NCBI GenBank assembly: GCA_001796335.1
Contig: MGMF01000001.1
Coordinates: forward strand, 358,657-390,656
Direction of reading: 5' to 3'
Source: Chloroflexi bacterium GWB2_49_20
GTDB taxonomy: Bacteria; Chloroflexota; Anaerolineae; Anaerolineales; Villigracilaceae
DNA length: 32,000 bases
Shown here piece by piece: positions 25,601 to 32,000 of the stretch. The notes beneath the pieces are model-generated. The model did no database searches. It was not told the origin of the DNA and saw nothing but the letters and a program-made list of their open reading frames with translations. The stretch's first letter is position 1. Every line of letters starts with the position of its first letter. A program made the translations under genes and the position numbers.

Positions 25601-25754
25601 CCACTTCTGACACCAATAATAAATTCTTGGAGCGTGCATATTGTTCTAGAAGATCTTGAAATGGCTTGCGCAAACTACTCTCATTACGCGAGCCGCTGTA
25701 GTGGATGATTTTTTCAACAGCAGTATAGTATTGTTGGATAAGCTGAATCGACAT
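22674..25754 (-). CDS. single-chain type IIG/IIL-like restriction-modification enzyme: N-terminal PD-(D/E)xK-like nuclease, gamma-class N6-adenine methyltransferase, and a long C-terminal specificity region
   Basis: The ATG at 25754 (MSIQLIQQYY) is preceded by GGGAGAAG; the track ORF extends to 25856. 1026 aa. RPD64...E79-S-K81 (GYWESKD) resembles the MmeI-type D-Xn-E-X-K nuclease motif. MTase motif I is VEILDPATGTGTF and motif IV is VIGNPPYNANQ. About 570 aa follow motif IV. No helicase/ATPase motifs. Confidence 0.85.
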   Translation of the reverse strand: MSIQLIQQYYTAVEKIIHYSGSRNESSLRKPFQDLLEQYARSKNLLLVSEVEMVSRKGNRIRPDGVFKDALRQNWGYWESKDEKDFLEDEIATKIAKGYPTFNILFEDTHTAVLYQGGEEIMRTAFNNAPALDALLTRFVSYQPAEVVEFRKAIELFCAEVGGLADTLRRVITEQLADNLQFKTALTEFLELARKAINPNIELADVREMIIQHVLTEDIFMRVFDEAEFHRENIIARKLQEVAGTFYHGETKRNIHARVAPYYETINAKASQISDHHEKQKFLKALYESFYKAYNPKAADRLGIVYTPDEIVRFMIESADHLVDKHFGKTLGDKGVEILDPATGTGTFITELIEYLPSQQLEYKYEHEIHCNEVSILPYYIANLNIEYTYKQKTGKFKEFENICFVDTLDNMGFEHSGKQLNFFGLTDANAERIVKQNSKPIMVVIGNPPYNANQLNENENNKNREYPEIDKRIKETYVKQSTAQKTKLYDMYARFLRWASDRLDKDGVIAFVSNNSFLNARSYDGFRKIVANEFNEIHIIDLKGDARISGEQRRKEGGNVFSDQIRVGVAVYFFVRKKGLKGCRIYYNAIADYAEAEEKKAYLRDNKFTDLKFQPIRPDKNNNWINLSENDWEEYIPLASKEGKSKKGLKEPKTIFKMYSLGVATNRDEWVYDERPDLLENKIKYFIDLFKYEKNRWALSDKRKATNDFVDRSIKWTSELEAHLIRGTNLEFSNKKITTAMYRPFVKRFFYYDMVIVHRPYLQPIFFKIGEKPDNLAICINMNGRQFNVLSVNAVPDLHFNGDSQCLPLYRYRGASKTSEVSETSEVSRVENITDWALNQFQKHYKDAKIVKEDIFHYVYAVLHHPAYRAKYEINLKREFPRIPFYGDFWKWADRGKRLMNLHLNYESMPAYPLERLDLNAEETRKALSPRLMARKDAGIIEVDTFTTLKGVPAEAWEYRLGTYSALEWVLERYKEKKPKAPTIAEKFNTYRFKDYKEQVIDLLCRVCAVSVETMKIVKEMREVK
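23269..23308. repeat. tandem, internally palindromic 18-nt repeat inside the RM gene
   Basis: gagacttccgaagtctcg followed by gagacttcggaagtcttcg. It encodes TSEVSE/TSEVSR in ...RGASKTSEVSETSEVSRVENI.... Each unit is a 7-bp hairpin (gagactt/aagtctc). Confidence 0.7.
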
Positions 25755-25781
25755 ATTCACTTCTCCCTGATGGTTAAAAAC

Positions 25782-25790
25782 ATTATAGCA
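25782..25790 (-). promoter_or_regulatory. candidate extended -10 (TGcTATAAT) for the RM-like operon
   Basis: The minus strand reads tgctataat about 28 nt upstream of the ATG at 25754. No clear -35. Confidence 0.4.
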
Positions 25791-25819
25791 AACAATTGGC
25801 GAACAGAGGTGTGAAACAG

Positions 25820-26104
25820 ATGAAAGAAACCGAACTATTAGTCGCATTAATACCATCCCATCCCAACTTAACTCCGATAATTCAAAATCTCAGGGGAAAA
25901 TATAACCTTCCAGAAATCAGCCCAGATGATGAACCAATTTCAGAAATATTTTCTGAAGATGCTGTTATTTCTTTGGAAGAATTTCGCCAAGAAATCGTAA
26001 ACCTAATTCGAGAAAGCTTAACTTTCCTGCCACTCAATGCTATTAAAATATATAAATCGTCAAAATCTATTTATGAAATTGCCTGCATTGGACATGAATT
26101 ATAA
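25820..26104 (+). CDS. hypothetical protein (94 aa), divergent from the RM-like gene
   Basis: The ATG at 25820 follows AGAGGTG. AT-rich like the island. Acidic, with no recognised motif; could be an N-terminal fragment. Confidence 0.4.
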   Translation: MKETELLVALIPSHPNLTPIIQNLRGKYNLPEISPDDEPISEIFSEDAVISLEEFRQEIVNLIRESLTFLPLNAIKIYKSSKSIYEIACIGHEL

Positions 26105-26368
26105 TGTGACCCATTCCCCCTTTAATTAACAGGACTTATATGACAGCCTCTCCAATCATCCAGGTCGACCACTTCTCCAATCAATGCAAAGTCCTGGGGT
26201 CTCAGCTTGGTTTATAATCAAGAATATAATGCAAGGTTGGGTTGACCAAAGGTCCCCGTTGGGTGTACCCGTAAGCGGCAATCCTTTTACAGGTGACATT
26301 CTCCCCGTAGCAGTCGGACTGCCGCACTTCGCTCGCAGTGACAGATCAATGAAAATTAAGCGGAGAAC

Positions 26369-27112
26369 ATGAAAGAATTCATTTACGGACGCAATCCGGT
26401 TTACGAAACCTTGATGGCCAACCGCCGCCAGGCCACTCAACTTTTGTTGGCCGAAGGCGCACAGGAAAAAAGCCGCCTGGAGGAGATCCTTAACCTTGCC
26501 AGGCAGCGCAAGCTCCCCATTTCCAAAACGCCCCGGCAGCGGCTGGATAAATTGAGTGACAGCCATCAGGGCATTGCCCTGGAGGTCAGCGAGTATCCCT
26601 ATGCCACCCTGCGGGATATCCTCGAGCGGGCAGAAGATCGCCATCAACCGGTGTTTGTGCTCATCCTGGATACCCTGCAAAACCCACAGAACCTGGGTAC
26701 CCTGATCCGCACTGCCGAATCAGTCGGTGTGCATGGGGTGGTCATCCCGGGACCCCGCGCCGCCGAAGTCACACCCGCCGTGGTGAGCGCCTCAGCCGGC
26801 GCCAGTGAACACATGCTGGTGGTGCAGTCCAACCTGGCCCAGGCCATCTCCGAGTTGAAGCATGCCAACACCTGGGTGGTCGGGCTGGATGAAAGCCCCG
26901 ATTCACTGCCTCCCGACCAGGTGCGGCTGGACGGCGCCCTGGCAGTTGTGGTTGGCAGCGAAGGGGAGGGCATTCGCACCCTGGTTCGCAAACATTGCGA
27001 TTTTCTGCTGCGCCTGCCCATGCAGGGGAAGATAGCGTCCCTGAATGCTGCCGTGGCCGGGTCGGTGGTACTTTACCTGGCCTACATGGCGCGCAATCAA
27101 AAAGCCTCTTAA
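26369..27112 (+). CDS. rlmB: 23S rRNA (guanosine-2'-O)-methyltransferase RlmB (SpoU/TrmH family)
   Basis: 247 aa. N-terminal substrate-binding EFIYGRNPVYETL. SPOUT motifs LDTLQNPQNLGTLIRTAES, VVGSEGEGIR and ASLNAAVAGSVVLY. Confidence 0.9.
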   Translation: MKEFIYGRNPVYETLMANRRQATQLLLAEGAQEKSRLEEILNLARQRKLPISKTPRQRLDKLSDSHQGIALEVSEYPYATLRDILERAEDRHQPVFVLILDTLQNPQNLGTLIRTAESVGVHGVVIPGPRAAEVTPAVVSASAGASEHMLVVQSNLAQAISELKHANTWVVGLDESPDSLPPDQVRLDGALAVVVGSEGEGIRTLVRKHCDFLLRLPMQGKIASLNAAVAGSVVLYLAYMARNQKAS

Positions 27113-27270
27113 AAATCTTTACCACGAAGCCACAAAGGCACAAACCAAATTGTAAAAAACCTTGGTGTCTCATGTTCTGTAACTTTGGGATGGTGGTGAA
27201 AAGGCGTTTTGCAACCAGTTCACAAATTTAAGATGTCTTTTAAAAATCAAAGGTTTTAATGGAGGCAAGC

Positions 27271-28605
27271 ATGCCCGAAGCAACATTCCACTTTCCACGC
27301 GGTTTTCTATGGGGTACAGCCACCGCCTCCCACCAGGTTGAAGGTAACAACACCAATAACAATTGGTGGAACTGGGAGCAGCAACCCGGCCGCATTCAGC
27401 AGGGTCACAGATCAGCCCTGGCCTGCGATTGGTGGGGTGGACGCTGGAAGGATGATTTTGATCGCGCCGCCGAAGCCGGGCAGAACGCCCATCGCTTCTC
27501 GGTGGAATGGAGCCGCATCCAGCCCACACCGGACACATGGGATGAGTCCGCCCTGGAACAGTACCGCCAGATGCTGCGCGGCTTGCGTGACCGTAATATG
27601 CTGCCCCTGGTCAGTCTGCATCACTTCAGCGACCCGCTCTGGCTGGCAGAACGGGGTGGCTGGGAGAACCAGGAAGTGGTGGCCAAATTTGAGAAATTCG
27701 TGCGCAAGGCCGTGGAAGCCCTGAAGGAATACGTCAGCCTGTGGTGCACCATTAACGAACCCAATGTCTATGTCCTGGAAGGCTACGTTTCGGGTCAATT
27801 TCCGCCCGGCAAGAAGAATTTCAAACTCGCCATGCAAGTCATGGCCAATATGCTGCGCGGCCACGCCGCAGCCTACCGCACCATCCATGCCATCCAGCCG
27901 GAGGCACGTGTCGGCTATGCCTTGCATTACCGGCCAGTCGTACCTGCCCGAGCCTGGTTCCCACTGGACCGTATGGCAGCCAACCTGCACTATGCGGGCA
28001 TAAACCTGGCCTTCCCCTCTGCATTAAGCGGCGGAGTGATGCGCTCGGGTATCGGCAATGTGTCCATTCCCGAAGCCAAAGGCACACAGGATTACCTGGG
28101 GGTCAACTACTATAATACCTTCACAGTAAAATTTGACCTTTTAAAGCCAGGCGAATTGTTCGGGAGCGCCTATTTCCCCAAAGGCAGCGACCTGAGTGAC
28201 AACGGCTTCAATGCCAACACCCCCGAAGGCCTGTTTACGGCAGTCAAATGGGCGGTGCGGACATACCCCGGCCTGCCGATCATCATCACCGAAAACGGGA
28301 TTGAATGCGCCGATGACCATATCCGGCCGCGCTACATTGCCCAGCATGTGCGCCAGCTCTGGCGGGCGGTCAATTTCAACTGGCCGGTCAAAGGCTACTT
28401 CCACTGGTCCCTGGTGGATAACTTTGAATGGGAGCGCGGCTGGACACAGCGCTTTGGGTTGTGGGCGCTGGACCCTGAAACCCAGGTACGCGCCAAACGT
28501 CCCAGCGCCGACCTTTATGCTGAAATTTGCAAAGAGAACGGGCTTTCCAGCCAGATGGTACGTAAATATTGCCCGGAAATCTTCGAAAAGATGTTTCCGG
28601 GCTAA
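27271..28605 (+). CDS. GH1 beta-glucosidase
   Basis: FPRGFLWGTATASHQVEG. Acid/base TINEPNVY. Nucleophile IITENG. The ATG at 27271 is 5 nt after GGAGG; an in-frame ATG at 27259 is the alternative start. Confidence 0.92.
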   Translation: MPEATFHFPRGFLWGTATASHQVEGNNTNNNWWNWEQQPGRIQQGHRSALACDWWGGRWKDDFDRAAEAGQNAHRFSVEWSRIQPTPDTWDESALEQYRQMLRGLRDRNMLPLVSLHHFSDPLWLAERGGWENQEVVAKFEKFVRKAVEALKEYVSLWCTINEPNVYVLEGYVSGQFPPGKKNFKLAMQVMANMLRGHAAAYRTIHAIQPEARVGYALHYRPVVPARAWFPLDRMAANLHYAGINLAFPSALSGGVMRSGIGNVSIPEAKGTQDYLGVNYYNTFTVKFDLLKPGELFGSAYFPKGSDLSDNGFNANTPEGLFTAVKWAVRTYPGLPIIITENGIECADDHIRPRYIAQHVRQLWRAVNFNWPVKGYFHWSLVDNFEWERGWTQRFGLWALDPETQVRAKRPSADLYAEICKENGLSSQMVRKYCPEIFEKMFPG

Positions 28606-28609
28606 ACAA

Positions 28610-28645
28610 AAAACCTCACGGCATTGAAAAGCACCGTGAGGTTTT
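28610..28645. terminator. bidirectional rho-independent terminator between the convergent GH1 and kbl-like genes
   Basis: aaaacctcacgg (28610-28621) pairs with ccgtgaggtttt (28634-28645). An A-run lies before the stem and a T-run after it, so a U-tract is available on both strands. Confidence 0.8.
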
Positions 28646-28658
28646 GATTTTCAGTCGC

Positions 28659-29837
28659 TTAGATCACACCCAGCTTTTTGCCCACCCTGGCAAATGCCTC
28701 CAAACCTTTATCCAGGTCTTCGTAGCTGTGAGCTGCCGAGATCATGACGCGGATGCGGGCCTTGCCCTGCGGCACGGTTGGGAAACCCAACGCCATGCCG
28801 AATATTCCAGCTTCGTATAATTCACGGCTGAACTGCTGTGCCAGGGGGGCTTCGCCCAACATGACCGGTGTGATGGGCGTGGTGCTGACACCCGTATCAA
28901 ACCCGAGTTCCTTCATTTCTTTCTTAAAGTATTTGGCATTCTCCCACAAGCGGTCCACCAACTCAGTGGATTTCTCCAGCAAATCAACCGCAGCGATACA
29001 GGCAGCCACATCCGGTACGGTCATGGCTGAAGAGAACAGAAACGGGCGTCCGCGCTGGCGCAGCCACTCCACGATGACCGGGCTGCCCGCCACCACACCT
29101 CCCATAACCCCAAAGGCTTTGGACATGGTACCAACTTCCACATCCACCTTTCCATGCAAGCCAAAGTGATCCACAATGCCACGCCCACCCTTACCCAGCA
29201 CACCCTCCCCGTGGGCATCATCCACCATCAGCAGGATATCATGTCGTTCGGCAACCGCATAAATTTCATCCAACGGAGCCATATCCCCATCCATGCTGAA
29301 AACGCCATCGGTCACGATCAGGGCACGCCGGTACTGGGAGAGATTCTCTTTGATCACAGATTCGAGTGAAGCCGGGTCACAATGGTCATAAGCAAGGATC
29401 TTGGCGCCTGAAAGCCGGCAGCCATCGATGATGGAGGCGTGGTTCAAACGATCCGAGAAGACCACATCTTCCTTACCCACCAAAACTGGAATGGTTGCCA
29501 GGTTGGCCGTAAAACCGGATTGGAAAGTTATGGCGGCTTCGACACCTTTGAATTTTGCCAGACGTTTTTCCAATTCGATATGCAGGTCCATCGTCCCGGC
29601 AATGCTGCGCACAGCACCCGGTCCGACTCCATAGGTATCCATGGCTTTCTTGGAGGCAGCCACAATACCGGGATGGTTTGCCAACCCCAGGTAGTTATTT
29701 GAACAAAAGTTAAGCACCTTTCTGCCATCCACCAGCAACCAGGCGCCTTGTGCTGAGCCTAGTGTACGGATACGATTATACAAACCAGCCGTCTGTAAAC
29801 TCTCAATTTCCTGTTTGATCCAGTCAATCTTGGACAT
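28659..29837 (-). CDS. kbl: alpha-oxoamine synthase family PLP enzyme, most like glycine C-acetyltransferase (2-amino-3-ketobutyrate CoA ligase)
   Basis: 392 aa. [18 protein letters not shown]-lysine context [18 protein letters not shown]. Kbl cannot be distinguished from BioF by eye. Confidence 0.8.
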   Translation of the reverse strand: MSKIDWIKQEIESLQTAGLYNRIRTLGSAQGAWLLVDGRKVLNFCSNNYLGLANHPGIVAASKKAMDTYGVGPGAVRSIAGTMDLHIELEKRLAKFKGVEAAITFQSGFTANLATIPVLVGKEDVVFSDRLNHASIIDGCRLSGAKILAYDHCDPASLESVIKENLSQYRRALIVTDGVFSMDGDMAPLDEIYAVAERHDILLMVDDAHGEGVLGKGGRGIVDHFGLHGKVDVEVGTMSKAFGVMGGVVAGSPVIVEWLRQRGRPFLFSSAMTVPDVAACIAAVDLLEKSTELVDRLWENAKYFKKEMKELGFDTGVSTTPITPVMLGEAPLAQQFSRELYEAGIFGMALGFPTVPQGKARIRVMISAAHSYEDLDKGLEAFARVGKKLGVI

Positions 29838-29913
29838 GTTCAGCTCCTATAATGTTTAGTTTCATCTCAATAATTCGGGGGCATCACCCCATTTTTTTGA
29901 AAAGCGATCATGT

Positions 29914-31596
29914 TTATTCGTGATGGTTTTCACCAACACTTATTATATCCGCTTTTATGGCATCATCCGTCAACAACCCAAGCTCTCCCAGGGCAGCCAG
30001 AATTTTGGCCTGAGCCCCGGTTTTGACCACAACTGTGGTTGGGCCAAGGATCTCCCCGAGGAATCGCCCTGCCCGTGATTTGCGCAGTTCTTCAAGTACC
30101 TCCGGCCGGCTGAGACGTAAGACCACGAGTTGCTCCAGTTTCGCTTCAGTGCCGTTCAACTCCCAACGTGTCAGGGCGCGAACAAAGGATGGCGGCAGGG
30201 GTGAGGCGGCATATTTATTCAATAAAGACAGCAGGTGAGAAACCTTGAGTCCTTGCTGCAAGGCATTCTTGAGAGATGCCGGCGTCAAACGGTAACGGTA
30301 TTCATCTTTTTTGTCTGGTTCCCACTCGCTAAAACGCGCCACCTGGTAGCGAACCGTACGCGGTAACTGCACGGGTATCGAAATTCGACCGTTTGCCGCC
30401 GCATGCAGCCTGCCATCTTCCCTGGGCATGCCCTGCGGGGTGCGACCTTTGAGTAATTCCGTTGACCAGCCTGTCAGGCGGAACGATGTTGTCATGCCCC
30501 CATTTTCTGCCGAGGACAGATCCAAAATCCCCAGCCAGTGCAGCGGGCCTGTGATGAGGTAACGGATGATGGCGCCATCCACGTCCTCCCAGTGTGCGAA
30601 GCCATGCAGGAAGGCATTGTCAGCTTCCCGGCGGATCAACCACGAGTCAAAATCTCCGGCGGGTCGTTCAAAATCCGGGCTTGTCTCACGAATCATGCGC
30701 ACAAAGGATGGTAGATTCCACCATTTGCCGTGCGGTATCCGCCCCAATAGATCCAGAATAAAATGACGTGTAGCAAAGGCATTATTGCTCCAGGTGCCTT
30801 CGCAGACCAGTCCGGGAACCTGGTGTAACTCGTTGAAGCTCGCAGATTGCATCCAGGCACGCACCAGCCCAGCCAGTGATTCTGCCCTTGTTTCTTCCAG
30901 GAAGTCTTTTACAGCTTTTAGATGCAATATGGGAACTGAGTCGGGACCCTTGGGGGCGCTGATCAAACCTGCAGCCAGTAAAAATTCCCGCAATACTGCT
31001 TCCGGAACAGATAAAGTAACACCTTCCGGCAGAACCTGCCAACCCATGCGCATCGCAGCCAGAAGTGTACAAGTATCATCCAGAATACTGTCACTGGCCA
31101 GGGCTGGATGACTTCGTTCAAGGGGAGAAGACAGACGACCGGGTACAATGGTGGCAGTACCATCTTTGGAAGGCAGGAGCAATAAAAGGTCATCAGGAAT
31201 GTAGGCAAATTCCTGCGGTCCGGATGTGGTTTCAAAAAAAGCATGTCCAAGCAAGGCACGATAGAACAGCACTTCCGTCGAAGAGACCGGTTGGAGATAC
31301 ATTTGCTCCCGGTCACGACGACCAGCACCTGCATCGCGCAGTTCACCAAAACGGCGCGTGAAATCCTGCCAGGGATTGCGTCCATTCTCTGCCACCAGCA
31401 CATCCAATGCCTGACGTGACTCCACAGGCAGGGTTTCAACGATCTCGGTCACCAGTTGGGCATCCAGCAGTCCAACAGCCAGTTCCTGCAAAGCAGCCTG
31501 TGAATCTGGTGAAAACAGCTCAATCCCCCATAAGCCAGCCACAATGCGCAAGTGACCGAGGTCGTAAGATTGCAGGGAATGAATTAGATCAGGCAT
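29914..31596 (-). CDS. hypothetical 560-aa protein; the C-terminal part resembles helicase-associated (XPB N-terminal/Helicase_C_3-like) domains
   Basis: The ORF starts 9 nt downstream of the DAG-kinase-like gene. YRLTPASLKNALQQGLKVSHLLSLLNKYAASPLPPSFVRALTRWE resembles the pattern I associate with helicase-associated domains. No Walker/DEAD motifs. The functional call is weak. Confidence 0.6.
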   Translation of the reverse strand: MPDLIHSLQSYDLGHLRIVAGLWGIELFSPDSQAALQELAVGLLDAQLVTEIVETLPVESRQALDVLVAENGRNPWQDFTRRFGELRDAGAGRRDREQMYLQPVSSTEVLFYRALLGHAFFETTSGPQEFAYIPDDLLLLLPSKDGTATIVPGRLSSPLERSHPALASDSILDDTCTLLAAMRMGWQVLPEGVTLSVPEAVLREFLLAAGLISAPKGPDSVPILHLKAVKDFLEETRAESLAGLVRAWMQSASFNELHQVPGLVCEGTWSNNAFATRHFILDLLGRIPHGKWWNLPSFVRMIRETSPDFERPAGDFDSWLIRREADNAFLHGFAHWEDVDGAIIRYLITGPLHWLGILDLSSAENGGMTTSFRLTGWSTELLKGRTPQGMPREDGRLHAAANGRISIPVQLPRTVRYQVARFSEWEPDKKDEYRYRLTPASLKNALQQGLKVSHLLSLLNKYAASPLPPSFVRALTRWELNGTEAKLEQLVVLRLSRPEVLEELRKSRAGRFLGEILGPTTVVVKTGAQAKILAALGELGLLTDDAIKADIISVGENHHE

Positions 31597-31605
31597 AACC
31601 GTCTA

Positions 31606-32000
31606 TCAGGAAGATCTAACCACCTGCAAGGCCTTCGGCAGGATCTCGAATGATAATTGTCTTACATCCGTTCCAAATCCGGAATAGATTTCACCATCTG
31701 CATGGATGTACAACGGACGGTCAGAGGTGAGAGTCATTTTATGAAACTCACCCATACGCACCTGTTTAAATCGTCCATGCGTGCCTTTCATGACTTCGGG
31801 TATCAGCCGAAACATCATCAGGCGCGAGACCTTGCCGATGCTGGCATACTGAAAAATTCCATCATCCGGGCGGGCATCCGGGGCAACCAGGAAGCCGCCG
31901 CCTTCGCGCGGGCCATTACACATCACGAACATGACCGTTGGTCCATCCCAGGTTTCCTGGTCGGTCTCCACTTTCAAATTGGCAGGGTCAAAGTTAAGGA
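31606..32000 (-). CDS. diacylglycerol/lipid kinase family (DagK/YegS/BmrU-like) protein, C-terminal part; 5' end lies outside the window
   Basis: The frame stays open to the window edge. The C-terminal domain pattern is NGPREGGGFLVAPDARPDDGIF....G.....M.....V..G.H......V........L.SD.PLYIHADGE. Confidence 0.75.
   Translation of the reverse strand, partial: LNFDPANLKVETDQETWDGPTVMFVMCNGPREGGGFLVAPDARPDDGIFQYASIGKVSRLMMFRLIPEVMKGTHGRFKQVRMGEFHKMTLTSDRPLYIHADGEIYSGFGTDVRQLSFEILPKALQVVRSS

Larger units (their letters stand above)
20194..26368. other. AT-rich accessory (defence-type) island between cysS and rlmB
   Basis: Hand counts of single 60-nt lines inside the island: 21361 (35%), 22381 (32%), 23341 (35%), 23881 (33%), 24301 (35%). 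Flanking housekeeping lines: 18001 (60%), 19381 (67%), 26701 (68%). The content is RM-like, protease and HEPN-like genes. No integrase or tRNA. Confidence 0.6.

Noticed and set aside
22674-25754. Interpretation of the large methyltransferase as BREX PglX or as a type ISP (LlaGI-like) enzyme
   Set aside because: The cluster has no PglZ, BrxC/PglY, BrxL or BrxA/B genes. No helicase/translocase motifs occur within the protein or its neighbours. The domain order and D-Xn-E-X-K N-terminus fit an MmeI-like type IIG/IIL enzyme better.
20251-26187. 9-bp direct repeat AATCAATGC (20251-20259 and 26179-26187) as a definitive target-site duplication
   Set aside because: Expected chance occurrence between two ~250-nt flanks is roughly 0.2, so it is not significant alone. 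It is mentioned only as a lead in the island finding.
1-32000. Search for tRNA/rRNA genes, CRISPR repeats, IS elements and integrases
   Set aside because: I saw no T-loop/anticodon-arm consensus, no regularly spaced direct repeats, and no transposase or recombinase motifs in any frame. Absence is judged by eye only.

Overview
This is a 32-kb chromosomal window with no rRNA, tRNA, CRISPR array, transposase or integrase that I can see. Gene content points to an anaerobe: a tungsten-type aldehyde:ferredoxin oxidoreductase, radical-SAM MoaA and the mercury-methylation pair hgcAB. Nothing in the window anchors taxonomy. About 30 CDS are credible. Housekeeping or ordinary genes are a yacL-like PIN/TRAM gene, cysS, rlmB, moaA, kbl-like, GH1 and GH4 glycosidases, a GT4 glycosyltransferase, TetR plus an SDR epimerase, an OmpR/HK pair, and a partial DAG-kinase-like gene at the right edge. 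Four regions deserve attention. (1) At 11.9-14.4 kb lies arsR, then a terminator, then arsM-hgcA-hgcB. Near-identical ~20-bp operator-like sequences sit between the -35 and -10 of both promoters, so an As(III) SAM-methyltransferase and the corrinoid Hg methylation pair appear to share one ArsR-type regulon. (2) At 20.2-26.4 kb an AT-rich island is wedged between cysS and rlmB. It carries a co-directional minus-strand cluster: an MmeI-like/type IIG single-chain restriction-modification enzyme, a translationally coupled (ATGA) 106-aa ORF, a trypsin-fold serine protease, and a coiled-coil protein with a C-terminal HEPN-like Rx4H motif. I read this as a candidate uncharacterised composite defence system. 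(3) At 7.2-10.2 kb a secreted protein has two Met/Gly-rich blocks, sits upstream of a two-component system whose kinase sensor loop carries the same GMMxGAG motif, and is preceded by 10/11-bp-phased direct repeats. (4) At 2.3-4.9 kb the AOR gene faces a MoaD/ThiS-like gene and a second small ORF, and both small proteins end in Gly-Gly. Coordinates of small motifs were derived by hand and may be off by 1-2 nt. All homology calls come from motif recognition, not database searches.
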